Below, in pieces: positions 8,682 to 17,424 of a stretch of DNA of 64,000 nucleotides. This DNA is from an uncultured Chloroflexia bacterium. GTDB lineage: Bacteria; Chloroflexota; Limnocylindria; Limnocylindrales; CSP1-4. The translations under genes were made by a program, and so were the position numbers. Below the pieces are notes generated by a model, which had not been told where the DNA came from, did no database searches, and saw only the letters and a list, made by a program, of their open reading frames with translations. Location: positions 729,017-793,016 of the forward strand of contig CAVRHD010000002.1 of assembly GCA_963720965.1 (NCBI GenBank). The letters run 5' to 3'. Each line of letters opens with the position of its first letter. Position 1 is the first letter of the stretch.

Positions 8682-9734
8682 TCAGGCTTCCTCGCGTTCG
8701 ACCTCGACCCTGCGGGCCGGCTCGAGCACGGACGGGATCACGTCGGTCACGTTCGGCACGAACGAGGCTGCCAGGGCCGTCTCGATCGCCACGCGCTGGT
8801 CGTCGGGCGACAGGATGCCGAGGCGGCCGAGCGTCTGGAGCTCGTCGCGGATGTACGTCTTGAGCATCTCCGGGCCATCGGTGTTGATGGTGAACCTGAC
8901 CTCGTTGCGACGGAACTGGTCGAAGATCCAGCGGAACTCCTCCCAGCTGGCCACGACCCGGGTGTTGAGGTTGGAGGCCGGGCAGATCTCGAGGACGATG
9001 CCTCGCTCCCGGAGCATGTCCATCGCCCGCGGGTCGTAGGCCGCCTTGACGCCATGGCCGATCCGGTCGGGCTCCAGCAGCTCGATCACCCGGGCGACCT
9101 CGTCGATCGGGCCGGATTCGCCGGTATGGACGGTCAGACCCAGTCCGAACTGGCGCGCCCGCCGGAAGAGGCGCCGGTAATCGGCCACCCGGAACGTCGC
9201 GCTCTCGGGCCCGGCGATATCGATGCCGACGACACCGCGGTCATGCCAGATGATCGCCTTCTCCACGATGATCTCGTTCAGCTCGAACGGGAACGCCCGG
9301 TCGAGGCAGAAGATCAGGCCCGGCTTGACCGGGTATTCGAGCGAAGCTCGGTCCATCCCGCGAACGGCGGCCGCGATGATGTGGTCGAGGTCCTGTTCGC
9401 CACCACGATTTCGCTTCATCGGATTGAAGCGCAGCTCGGTCGTGGTGATGTTGTTCTTGCGGTACGCGCCGCCGACGACTTCGTAGACCGAGCGCTCGAC
9501 GGCCAGCGGCGAGGACTGGATCAGCTCCGTCCAATGGAACAGCTGGAGGTACCCGTCGAAGCTCCGGCTGCGGCGGTTGGACACGGTGATCATGTCCCGG
9601 AACTCCCAGTAGTCCTTGGTCGGGAGCTTGATCCCCTGGGCGTGGGCGATGCCCCACATGATCGACGGCGTGACGGCCCCACCGAGGTGGCAGTGGAGCT
9701 CGGCCAGGGCCGTCTTGCGGGAGAGGATCGCCAT
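8682..9734 (-). CDS. add: adenosine deaminase family protein
   Basis: ELHCHLGG metal-binding motif, LTVHTGE, RIGHG and FTINTDGP. Confidence 0.8.
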   Translation of the reverse strand: MAILSRKTALAELHCHLGGAVTPSIMWGIAHAQGIKLPTKDYWEFRDMITVSNRRSRSFDGYLQLFHWTELIQSSPLAVERSVYEVVGGAYRKNNITTTELRFNPMKRNRGGEQDLDHIIAAAVRGMDRASLEYPVKPGLIFCLDRAFPFELNEIIVEKAIIWHDRGVVGIDIAGPESATFRVADYRRLFRRARQFGLGLTVHTGESGPIDEVARVIELLEPDRIGHGVKAAYDPRAMDMLRERGIVLEICPASNLNTRVVASWEEFRWIFDQFRRNEVRFTINTDGPEMLKTYIRDELQTLGRLGILSPDDQRVAIETALAASFVPNVTDVIPSVLEPARRVEVEREEA

Positions 9735-9756
9735 GGCCTGAGGATAGACCAGTCGG

Positions 9757-10599
9757 TCAGAGCTGGCCCAGGCAGATGGATATCGAGGCGCCGATCAGGC
9801 CCCTCATCTGGAACTCGTAGCGGCCGTCCGGCCACGGCTTTCCGCCTGGCTGCTCGAGGTAGGTGATGGTTCCGCTGCGATCAGTCGTGAGCCCTCGCAT
9901 GCTCGCCACGGGTTGGACATCGCGCGGCTCGTCGTGCCAGCCGACGACCTGCCAGCCCTCGACGACGACGTCGTCGCGAGGGCCGCCCGGTGACGTCACG
10001 GCCACGACCTGGGCACCGGACGGCAGGTCGGGCAAGCCCTGGCACAGCTCCGCCGGCTTCAATCCAGCCACGACCGAGCTCGAACCATCGGCCGGGGCCG
10101 GCGACGGCAGCAGCTGGACCGGCGCCCAGGCCGACCACGACCCGTCGAGCGACATCGAGATGACTGGTACCTGGCTGTTCGCGTCGGAGGCCGGACCGCC
10201 GTGCGGGCTTGACCCGGCCCCCAACGCGATGCCCCAGTGTTGGGCGTCGCTGGCCGGGTCCAGGATCAGCAGATCCGCCGCGGCTCGGGCGGCCGGGACC
10301 GTGGAGGCGGCCGAGGGGCTCGGCGAGTGCCTGGCGGGGAGCGCCCCAGACGCAACGGCCGGAGACCCGATCGCGGGAGACGCGACCGCCAGGCTCGGCA
10401 AGGCGCCTTCGGCCCACGGTTGGAGGATGGCCGCGCCAACGAAGACCACGGCAAGGGCGACAGCGATCAGGCCGGGATCGAGCCGTCGACCCCGGCGTCC
10501 GAGCGGTACGACGTCGAACGCGACCGCGACCGGGTCGCGCGGCTCCGGACCGAGACCGTTCACCCCCACTGGTTCGTCCACAGAGCCACGCCGGTTCAC
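9757..10599 (-). CDS. membrane-anchored hypothetical protein
   Basis: A single TM helix (LIAVALAVVFVGAAIL) followed by a Ser/Ala/Pro-rich linker and a globular C-terminus. The GTG at 10599 was chosen to avoid overlapping lipA; the start is uncertain. Confidence 0.45.
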   Translation of the reverse strand: MNRRGSVDEPVGVNGLGPEPRDPVAVAFDVVPLGRRGRRLDPGLIAVALAVVFVGAAILQPWAEGALPSLAVASPAIGSPAVASGALPARHSPSPSAASTVPAARAAADLLILDPASDAQHWGIALGAGSSPHGGPASDANSQVPVISMSLDGSWSAWAPVQLLPSPAPADGSSSVVAGLKPAELCQGLPDLPSGAQVVAVTSPGGPRDDVVVEGWQVVGWHDEPRDVQPVASMRGLTTDRSGTITYLEQPGGKPWPDGRYEFQMRGLIGASISICLGQL

Positions 10600-10645
10600 T
10601 GCGTGGTCACCGAGCCCGGCGACTCGTTCCCGCCGGTCCGATGCT

Positions 10646-11770
10646 TCAGCCGGCCAGGGCGTCTGGCAGCCCGTTCGCGACTGCTTCGCCGGGCACGATC
10701 CGGCCCTGGGCATCGATCGTGGCCTGGCGCCGGACTCGGCGCAGCTCGGCCCCTGGGACCTGGTCGCGGGCGTGGTAGCTCGAGCGGACGAGCGGGCCCG
10801 ATTCGACATGGCGGAAGCCGAGCCCGAGGGCCTCGGCCTTCATCTCGGCGAACTCGTCCGGATGGTAGTAGCGGACGAGCTCGAGGTGGTTCATCGAGGG
10901 CCGCAGGTACTGGCCGATCGTGAGGATGTCGCAATCGACCGAACGGAGGTCGGTGAAGGCCTGGCTCAGCTCCTCGCGCGTCTCGCCCAGGCCGACCATC
11001 AGGCTCGACTTGGTGTGGACGGTCCAGCCGTCGGCGACCGCGTAGGCCTTGGCCCGCTCGAGGACCGACAGGCTGCGGCCGTAGCGGGCCCGCCGCCGGA
11101 CCGGCTTCTGGAGCCGCTCGACCGTCTCGAGGTTGTGGTTGAGGATGTCCGGGCGGGCGGCCATCACCGCCTGCAACGGCGCGTCGGTGCCGTTGAAGTC
11201 GGGGATCAGGACCTCGACGCCCATGCCTGGCGACTGGCTCCGGACCTGGCGGATCGTCTCGGCGAAGACCGAGGCGCCGCCGTCGGGCAGGTCGTCGCGG
11301 GCCACGCTGGTGATCACCACGTGCTCGAGATCGAGCGCAGCCAGGGCCTCGGCGACCCGCCGCGGCTCGTCGTCATCGAACCAGGTCGGGCGGCCGGTCT
11401 TGACCGCGCAGAAGCCACACGCCCGGGTGCAGGTGTCGCCCAGGATCATGATCGTGGCGGTGCGCTGGTCCCAGCACTCCCCGATGTTCGGGCAGTGGGC
11501 CTCCTCGCAGACCGTGTTGAGGTTGAGCCCGCCGAGGAGCGACTTGAGCTCGTGGTAGTTGTCGCCCGACGGGATCCGGGCCTTGATCCACTCGGGGTGG
11601 CGGCGCAGGGCGGTCGGGCCATCCGGAGCCGGCAGTCCCGGCTGCGCGGAGCCGGCAGGGCCGCCGCCGTAAGGGCCGCCGCCAAGCGCGATCGACAGGC
11701 CGGAGGCCGCGGCGTGGTGGCCGGCGCCGGCCTGGCCCTGGGGCTCGAAGATCGGGAGTGGGCGACCCAT
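10646..11770 (-). CDS. lipA: lipoyl synthase
   Basis: CEEAHCPNIGECW and the radical-SAM CTRACGFC motif. ATG at 11770 (MGRPLPIF); the upstream part of the 472-aa ORF overlaps the preceding gene and was rejected. Confidence 0.9.
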   Translation of the reverse strand: MGRPLPIFEPQGQAGAGHHAAASGLSIALGGGPYGGGPAGSAQPGLPAPDGPTALRRHPEWIKARIPSGDNYHELKSLLGGLNLNTVCEEAHCPNIGECWDQRTATIMILGDTCTRACGFCAVKTGRPTWFDDDEPRRVAEALAALDLEHVVITSVARDDLPDGGASVFAETIRQVRSQSPGMGVEVLIPDFNGTDAPLQAVMAARPDILNHNLETVERLQKPVRRRARYGRSLSVLERAKAYAVADGWTVHTKSSLMVGLGETREELSQAFTDLRSVDCDILTIGQYLRPSMNHLELVRYYHPDEFAEMKAEALGLGFRHVESGPLVRSSYHARDQVPGAELRRVRRQATIDAQGRIVPGEAVANGLPDALAG

Positions 11771-11786
11771 GGCTCGGAGTGTAGGG

Positions 11787-12755
11787 CTAGACGCTGAACA
11801 TGGCGTGCAGGCCCGACGCCAGGTCGCGAGCTCGGAAGCCCAGCTCTGTCTCGGCCCTGGCGGCGCTCGCCCAGTAGGTGACCCCGTCGGCGGCCTTGAT
11901 CGTCTCGGCCAGGTTTGCGGGCAGCCCGGCGACTGACCCGAACCGTCGATTGACCGGGATGAAGAGACGCAGCAGGCCGGTCGGCAGGGTGAGCCGCGGC
12001 GCTCGGCGGGCGCCGGCGATCGCGGCCGCCCCGATCGCATCCTTGAGCAATCCAGGGGGTCCACTCAGGATGTATGACTCCCCCAGCCGGCCAGCGTCGA
12101 GGATCCGGACGATCCCGTCGGCGACATCGTCGACGTAGGTCCAGCTCAGGCCGATGTTGCCGAGGGCGACGTAGTGCAGCTTGCCCGCGTAGGCCTGCGC
12201 CAGCTGCTCCCCCGCCTCCGAATGGTCGTGCGGTCCGTAGACCCCACCGGGCATCGCGATCAGGATCGGAGCGCCGGCCGCGATCCGGGCGGAAACCAGC
12301 TCGTGGGCCTGGTATTTCGTCAGGTCGTAGTAGCTGTAGAAACCCTCCGCCAGGTCGCGGACGTGGCTTTCGGGGACAACCAGGCCATGCGTGTCGCCGA
12401 GCACGTTGACCGTCGAGACATAGACGATCCTGGGCGTTCCGGCTCGCGCCGCCGCGTCAAGCACCCGGCTGGTCGTCCCGAGGTTTGCGTCGAGCATGGC
12501 CGGTCGTTCCGAGACCGGGATGCCGATCCGGTAGCTGCCGGCCATGTGCACGAGGGCATCGGCTCCGGCCAGCTGGTCGACGATCTGGTCGACGTCGCTG
12601 AGGTCGCCGGCCACCAGCTGGACTCCGAGGTCGCCGAGCTCGGCCGCCTGCGCGGGATCGCGAACGATCGCGATGACCTCGTCGCCGCGCGCCCGGAGCT
12701 GTCGGACGACAGCCCCGCCGATGAACCCAGCAGCGCCGGTAACGGCAACCCGCAT
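11787..12755 (-). CDS. NAD-dependent epimerase/dehydratase (extended SDR) family protein
   Basis: Rossmann motif VTGAAGFIGG and catalytic YDLTK (YxxxK). Confidence 0.8.
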   Translation of the reverse strand: MRVAVTGAAGFIGGAVVRQLRARGDEVIAIVRDPAQAAELGDLGVQLVAGDLSDVDQIVDQLAGADALVHMAGSYRIGIPVSERPAMLDANLGTTSRVLDAAARAGTPRIVYVSTVNVLGDTHGLVVPESHVRDLAEGFYSYYDLTKYQAHELVSARIAAGAPILIAMPGGVYGPHDHSEAGEQLAQAYAGKLHYVALGNIGLSWTYVDDVADGIVRILDAGRLGESYILSGPPGLLKDAIGAAAIAGARRAPRLTLPTGLLRLFIPVNRRFGSVAGLPANLAETIKAADGVTYWASAARAETELGFRARDLASGLHAMFSV

Positions 12756-12766
12756 CGGTCAGCCGC

Positions 12767-14250
12767 CTAGTAGATCGCCGTGTCGGGACCGACCCCCTCG
12801 AGCCAGGCCTTGATGTCGCGCAGGAGGGCCGCCCCGCCGGATCCATCGTTGGCCCGATGGTCCAGCCCAAGGACGATGTTCATGACCGGTCGGATGGCGA
12901 TGACGTCCCCCTCGTCCGTTTCGCGCACGACCGCCCGCTTGGTGATGGCCTCCATCGTCAGGATGCCGACCTCGGGTGCGTTGATGATCGGCATGGTCAG
13001 GTTCGAGCCCAGCCAGCCGGTGTTGTCGATCGTGAACGTGCCGCCGCCGAAGTCGTCCAGCCGGAGCTTGTTGGCCCTGGCCCGGGCGGCGACGTCGGCG
13101 ATCGCCTGGTTGATGCCGTGGATCGAGAGCTGGTCGGCATCGCGGACGACCGGCACGATCAGGCCATCGTCGACCGCGACCGCCACGCCGATATTGATTC
13201 GGCGCTTGGCCAGCAGGCCGCCATCGGTCCAGTTCGCGTTGAACGTCCGGTTGCGGCGGAGGGCCTCGACGGCGGCCTTGACGACGAACGGGACGTAGCT
13301 CAGCGAGGCGCCGTTGGCGGCCTGGTACTCACGCTTGGCCAATTCGCGCAGCTTGACCAGGCCCGATGCGTCGACCTCCATCTGGACGTAGGCGTGCGGG
13401 ATCGTCAAGGCCCGGGTCATCTGGGCCGCGATGCCCTTGCGCATCTGGGTCATCGGCACGAGGACTTCGTCAGCCCCAGCCGGGAAGGTGATCGAGGCGA
13501 CCGGGCTGGTCGCAGCGCCGGCCTGGGGGCCGGGAGCGCGGGTCGGCGGGCGTGGCCGCGAGGGCTCGTGGGCGTTGCTGCCGAGCTGGTCGGCGTGGCC
13601 GCGGCGCCGCCGACGACCTGGCCTCCGACCGAGCTGCCGGTCCGCTGGGTTTCGACATAGTTCGAGACGTCGTCACGGGTGATCCGACCGCCGCCCCCAG
13701 TGCCGATGATCATGGCGGCGGTCAGGCCGTGCTCGCGCAGGAGGCGCCGAACGGCCGGGGTCATCCGCGCATCCGCGTCGCCGGGCAGGGTCGCGGTGCC
13801 GACTGCGGCGGCTCGTTCCGGGGATTCGGCTCGGCTGGCCTGGCCCGGCCGCTCATCGGAGCCGGCCGGTCCGAACGCTGCCGGAGCCGAAGCCGGAGCG
13901 CCCACTGGGGCCTGGGCAGGCGGGACTGGCGGAGCTGAGGTCGAGGCGGCCGCGCTGACGGTTGCCGGGGCGGCAGCGGCGGCCGACGCTCCATTCGAGC
14001 CGGCGCCGGCTTCGTCGGCGGTCTCGATCTCCGCGATCTCGGCGTTGTTCGGGACGGTCGCGCCCTCTTCGGCCAGGATCGCCGTGAGCGTGCCCTCGAC
14101 CGGCGATGGCACCTCGGCGTTGACCTTGTCGGTGATGACCTCGAGCAGGGGCTCGTACTTGGCGACGTGATCGCCGGGCTTCTTCAGCCATTTGCCGATC
14201 GTCCCCTCGGCAACACTCTCGCCGAGCTGGGGCATCGTCACCTTGGCCAC
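12767..14250 (-). pseudogene. 2-oxoacid dehydrogenase E2 (dihydrolipoamide acyltransferase), reading frame interrupted in the linker
   Basis: N-terminal ORF: lipoyl domain MPQLGESVAEGTIGKWLK...EVITDKV plus E3-binding domain MTPAVRRLLREHGL. It runs out of frame after ...AATPTSP. A second frame carries the catalytic domain (PMTQMRKGIA...GLDHRANDGSGGA). An AGGAGG SD lies at 14260-14265, upstream of the GTG at 14250. The frame change lies at about 13500-13600. Confidence 0.75.
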
Positions 14251-14373
14251 GGATTCAGTCCTCCTGGACATTCGCGCTTCGAGTCGGACTCAATGGTTCG
14301 GCCGCCGGCTCCCATGCACAGTGTCGCGCATCAAGCGATCTTCGGTCGAGCCGGCCGGGCGTGATCGCCGAAT

Positions 14374-14391
14374 ACGGCCGCGATAATCGCC
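14374..14391. repeat. left copy of an imperfect direct repeat flanking the HTH-nuclease-like gene
   Basis: ACGGCCGCGATAATCGCC here versus ACGGGCGCTAATAATCGCC at 15230..15248: 16 identical positions, including a perfect AT-rich 9-mer ATAATCGCC. Confidence 0.4.
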
Positions 14392-14409
14392 GGTCTCCAC
14401 CATCCTCGG

Positions 14410-15213
14410 GTGGACGATCGACGGGTTGGCCTGGTCATCCGTGCCTTGCGCCGCCGCCGCGGCTGGCGCCAGTCGGACCTGGCAGCTGCATCCGGCGTTT
14501 CGCAGGCCGCGATCTCGCTCGTCGAACGCGGGCACGTCGACACGTTCTCACTCAGGACGTTCCGAAGCATTCTCCTGGCGCTCGAGGCGCGCGGCGACGT
14601 GGACGTTCGATGGCGCGGCGGCAGCATCGACCGGACCCTCGACGAAGGCCATGCCGCCCTCGTTGGCAGTACGCTCCGGGCCCTCCCGAACGTGAGCTGG
14701 GTCGCGGAGCCCGAAGTGACCTATGCCATTTACGGTGAGCGCGGCTCGATCGACATCCTGGCCTACCATCGTCGGACCGCTTCCCTGCTCGTCATCGAGG
14801 TCAAGACCGAGCTCACCTCGATCGAGGAAACCCTGCGCCGGCTCGACCAGAAGGTCCGTCTCGCGGGCAAGATCGCGCGGGACAGGTTCGGCTGGACGCC
14901 TTCTTCAACTTCCCGCCTCCTGGTCATGCCCGACACCGCTGCGGCCAGGCGCCGGTCATCACGCCACCGTGAGGTGCTCGATGCCGTCTTTCCCGCCGGA
15001 AACGTGGCGATCCGGCACTGGCTCGCCGAACCGATTGGATCGATCCACGGCCGCTGGTTTCTAGCGGATATCAGCCCCCGTAGTGTTGGGCGAACCTTGG
15101 GAGGCCCCGACCGGGTGATGCGACCCAAGCGAGCCGGGATCCGTGCTGGCTCGAGCACCGCCCAAGCGGATTTCAGGTTGGCGACCGGGACCGGCGAGCC
15201 GAAAACCGGCTGA
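14410..15213 (+). CDS. XRE-family HTH protein fused to a PD-(D/E)xK nuclease-like domain
   Basis: N-terminal HTH: LRRRRGWRQSDLAAASGVSQAAISLVERG. The C-terminal region has E-x-n-GSIDILAY...LLVIEVKTE, a D...(D/E)xK-like arrangement. It lies antisense between E1beta and E2. Confidence 0.65.
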   Translation: MDDRRVGLVIRALRRRRGWRQSDLAAASGVSQAAISLVERGHVDTFSLRTFRSILLALEARGDVDVRWRGGSIDRTLDEGHAALVGSTLRALPNVSWVAEPEVTYAIYGERGSIDILAYHRRTASLLVIEVKTELTSIEETLRRLDQKVRLAGKIARDRFGWTPSSTSRLLVMPDTAAARRRSSRHREVLDAVFPAGNVAIRHWLAEPIGSIHGRWFLADISPRSVGRTLGGPDRVMRPKRAGIRAGSSTAQADFRLATGTGEPKTG

Positions 15214-15229
15214 GTCTCGGCCCAAGACC

Positions 15230-15248
15230 ACGGGCGCTAATAATCGCC
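15230..15248. repeat. right copy of an imperfect direct repeat flanking the HTH-nuclease-like gene
   Basis: See the left copy at 14374..14391. Confidence 0.4.
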
Positions 15249-15345
15249 AGAAATGGGGCTGCGGGAGTGAGCGGCACCGGCATTGGGCCCCTGCCATCGC
15301 CTCAGGGCGAGCGGGCCGGCCCAAGCCCGGCACCGCGGCAAGCCG

Positions 15346-16329
15346 CTAGTAGGCGGCGAGCTTGCGGATTCCGGCGGCGATCTTGGCCGGGTCGACCATG
15401 AACCAGTCCTCGAGGACGTGGTTGTAGGGCACGGCCGGGACGTCCGGGCCGGCGATCCGGGTGACCGGTCCGTCGAGGTAGTCGAAGGCCTCCTCGGCGA
15501 CCGTCGCGGCGACCTCCGCGCCGTAGCCGCCGAAGCGGTTGTCCTCGTAGACGACGAGGCACTTGCCGGTCTTCCGGACGGAGCCGATGACCGTCTCCTT
15601 GTCGAGTGGCCGGAGCGTGCGCAGGTCGACGACCTCGACGCTGATCCCCTCCTCGGCAACCCGGTCGGCGGCCTCCAGGGCGTAGTGGGCCATCAAGCCG
15701 TAGGCGATGACCGTGACCTGGGTGCCCGGCCGGGTAACGGTGGCGCGGCCGATCGGCACGACGTAGTCGGTGTCCGGAACATCGCCCCGGACGCTCCGGT
15801 ACATCTTCTTGTGCTCGAAGAAGAGCACCGGATCCTCGTCCCGGATCGAGCTGCGCAGGAGGCCCCGGGCGTCATACGGGGTCGACGGAATCACGATCTT
15901 CAGGCCGGGCACGTGGGTGAAGAATGCCTCGACCGATTGCGAGTGGTAGAGCGCGCCGTGGACGCCACCGCCGTACGGTGCCCGGATCGTCATCGGCACG
16001 CCGACCGCGTTGTTCGAGCGGTAGCGCATCCGGGCCGCCTCGGACACGATCTGGTTGAACGCGGGGTGGATGAAGTCGGCGAACTGGATCTCGGCCACCG
16101 GCCGTAGCCCGTTGACAGCCGCTCCGATCGACGCGCCGATGATCATCGACTCGGTCAGCGGCGTATCGATCACCCGGTCCTGGCCGAACTCTGCCCACAG
16201 CCCGTCGGTGGCCAGGAAGACCCCGCCCTTCTTGCCCACGTCCTCGCCCAGCACGATGATCGACTCGTCCCGGCGCATCTCGTCGGCCAGGGTCTCCCGG
16301 ATCGCGTCGATGAACGTTCGGGTGGGCAT
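15346..16329 (-). CDS. 2-oxoacid dehydrogenase E1 component, beta subunit
   Basis: MPTRTFIDAIRETL...VIDTPLTE...IQFADF. The start ATG at 16329 overlaps the E1alpha stop by 1 nt (TGATG). Confidence 0.9.
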   Translation of the reverse strand: MPTRTFIDAIRETLADEMRRDESIIVLGEDVGKKGGVFLATDGLWAEFGQDRVIDTPLTESMIIGASIGAAVNGLRPVAEIQFADFIHPAFNQIVSEAARMRYRSNNAVGVPMTIRAPYGGGVHGALYHSQSVEAFFTHVPGLKIVIPSTPYDARGLLRSSIRDEDPVLFFEHKKMYRSVRGDVPDTDYVVPIGRATVTRPGTQVTVIAYGLMAHYALEAADRVAEEGISVEVVDLRTLRPLDKETVIGSVRKTGKCLVVYEDNRFGGYGAEVAATVAEEAFDYLDGPVTRIAGPDVPAVPYNHVLEDWFMVDPAKIAAGIRKLAAY

Positions 16330-17399
16330 CAGCCGCCGCCCTCGCCGAAGCCCCACGGTGGCGGCGTCTCGGACGGCCAATCCTCGGCGTAGACCCAGCG
16401 CATCGCCGTCGACGGCTCGGGATCGGCCTCCGCTTCGGCGAAGTCGGTCGCGTCGGTCACGATCGCGCCGATCTCGGCCAGGAGGGCGGCCTCGGTCTCG
16501 TCGGTGAGCACCCCCGCCGCCCGGAGCTGATCGCGGAAATGGGGCAGGGCGTCATGGCCCTTGCCCGCGTTGAGATCCTCCTCGCTCCGGTACTTCGTCT
16601 GCTGGTCGTCCGACGAGTGGGCCGTCAGGCGGGTGACCTTGGCCTCGATCAAGGTCGGTCCGTCGCCCGCCCTGGCCCGCTCGACGGCCGTCTTTGCCGC
16701 GCGATAGCAGGCCAGCACGTCGGTGCCGTCGACCACGACGCCGGGAATCCCGTAGCCCGACGCGCGCATGGCCACGTCCGGGACCGAGATCTCCATTGCC
16801 GCCGGGACGCTGATCGCATAGCCGTTGTTCTCGACCAGGAAGATGAACGGCAGGCGATGGATGGCCGCGAAGTTGAGCGCTTCGTGGACGTCGCCCTGGT
16901 TCGAGGATCCTTCACCCATCGCGGTCAGCGCGACCTGGCCGGTCCGCCGGATCTTGGCCGCCAGGGCGATCCCGACGGCGTGCAGGATCTGGGTCGCGAC
17001 CGGGGATGAGACGGACAGCAGGTTGTGCCGGCGGTCGCCGTAGTGGCCGGGCATCTGGCGGCCGCCCGACGACGGGTCGGAGGCCCGGGCGTACTGGGCC
17101 AGCATGATGTCCCGGGCGCTCATGCCGAAGGTCATGCACATCGCGATCGAGCGATAGAACGGGGCGATCCAGTCGTGCCCCTTCTGGAGGGCCCAGGTCA
17201 CCCCGACCTGGGCTCCCTCGTGGCCCTGGCCACTGATCACGAACGGGATCCGGCCGGCCCGGTTCAGGATCCACATCCGCTCGTCGACCGCGCGGGCCAG
17301 GGCGACCATCCGATACATCGCCAGGAGCTGCTCGTCGTCGAGCCCGACGTCGGCGCCGAGATCGCTCGGTGTCTTGGCTCGATGCCCGGTCGCGGTCAT
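16329..17399 (-). CDS. 2-oxoacid dehydrogenase E1 component, alpha subunit (TPP-dependent)
   Basis: TPP motif GEGSSNQGDVHEALNFA...VENNGYAIS. The start MTATGHR at 17399 was chosen to avoid overlap with the E3 gene. Confidence 0.88.
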   Translation of the reverse strand: MTATGHRAKTPSDLGADVGLDDEQLLAMYRMVALARAVDERMWILNRAGRIPFVISGQGHEGAQVGVTWALQKGHDWIAPFYRSIAMCMTFGMSARDIMLAQYARASDPSSGGRQMPGHYGDRRHNLLSVSSPVATQILHAVGIALAAKIRRTGQVALTAMGEGSSNQGDVHEALNFAAIHRLPFIFLVENNGYAISVPAAMEISVPDVAMRASGYGIPGVVVDGTDVLACYRAAKTAVERARAGDGPTLIEAKVTRLTAHSSDDQQTKYRSEEDLNAGKGHDALPHFRDQLRAAGVLTDETEAALLAEIGAIVTDATDFAEAEADPEPSTAMRWVYAEDWPSETPPPWGFGEGGG

Positions 17400-17424
17400 A
17401 GCCGCCTCCGTGGTCAGGACGTGG

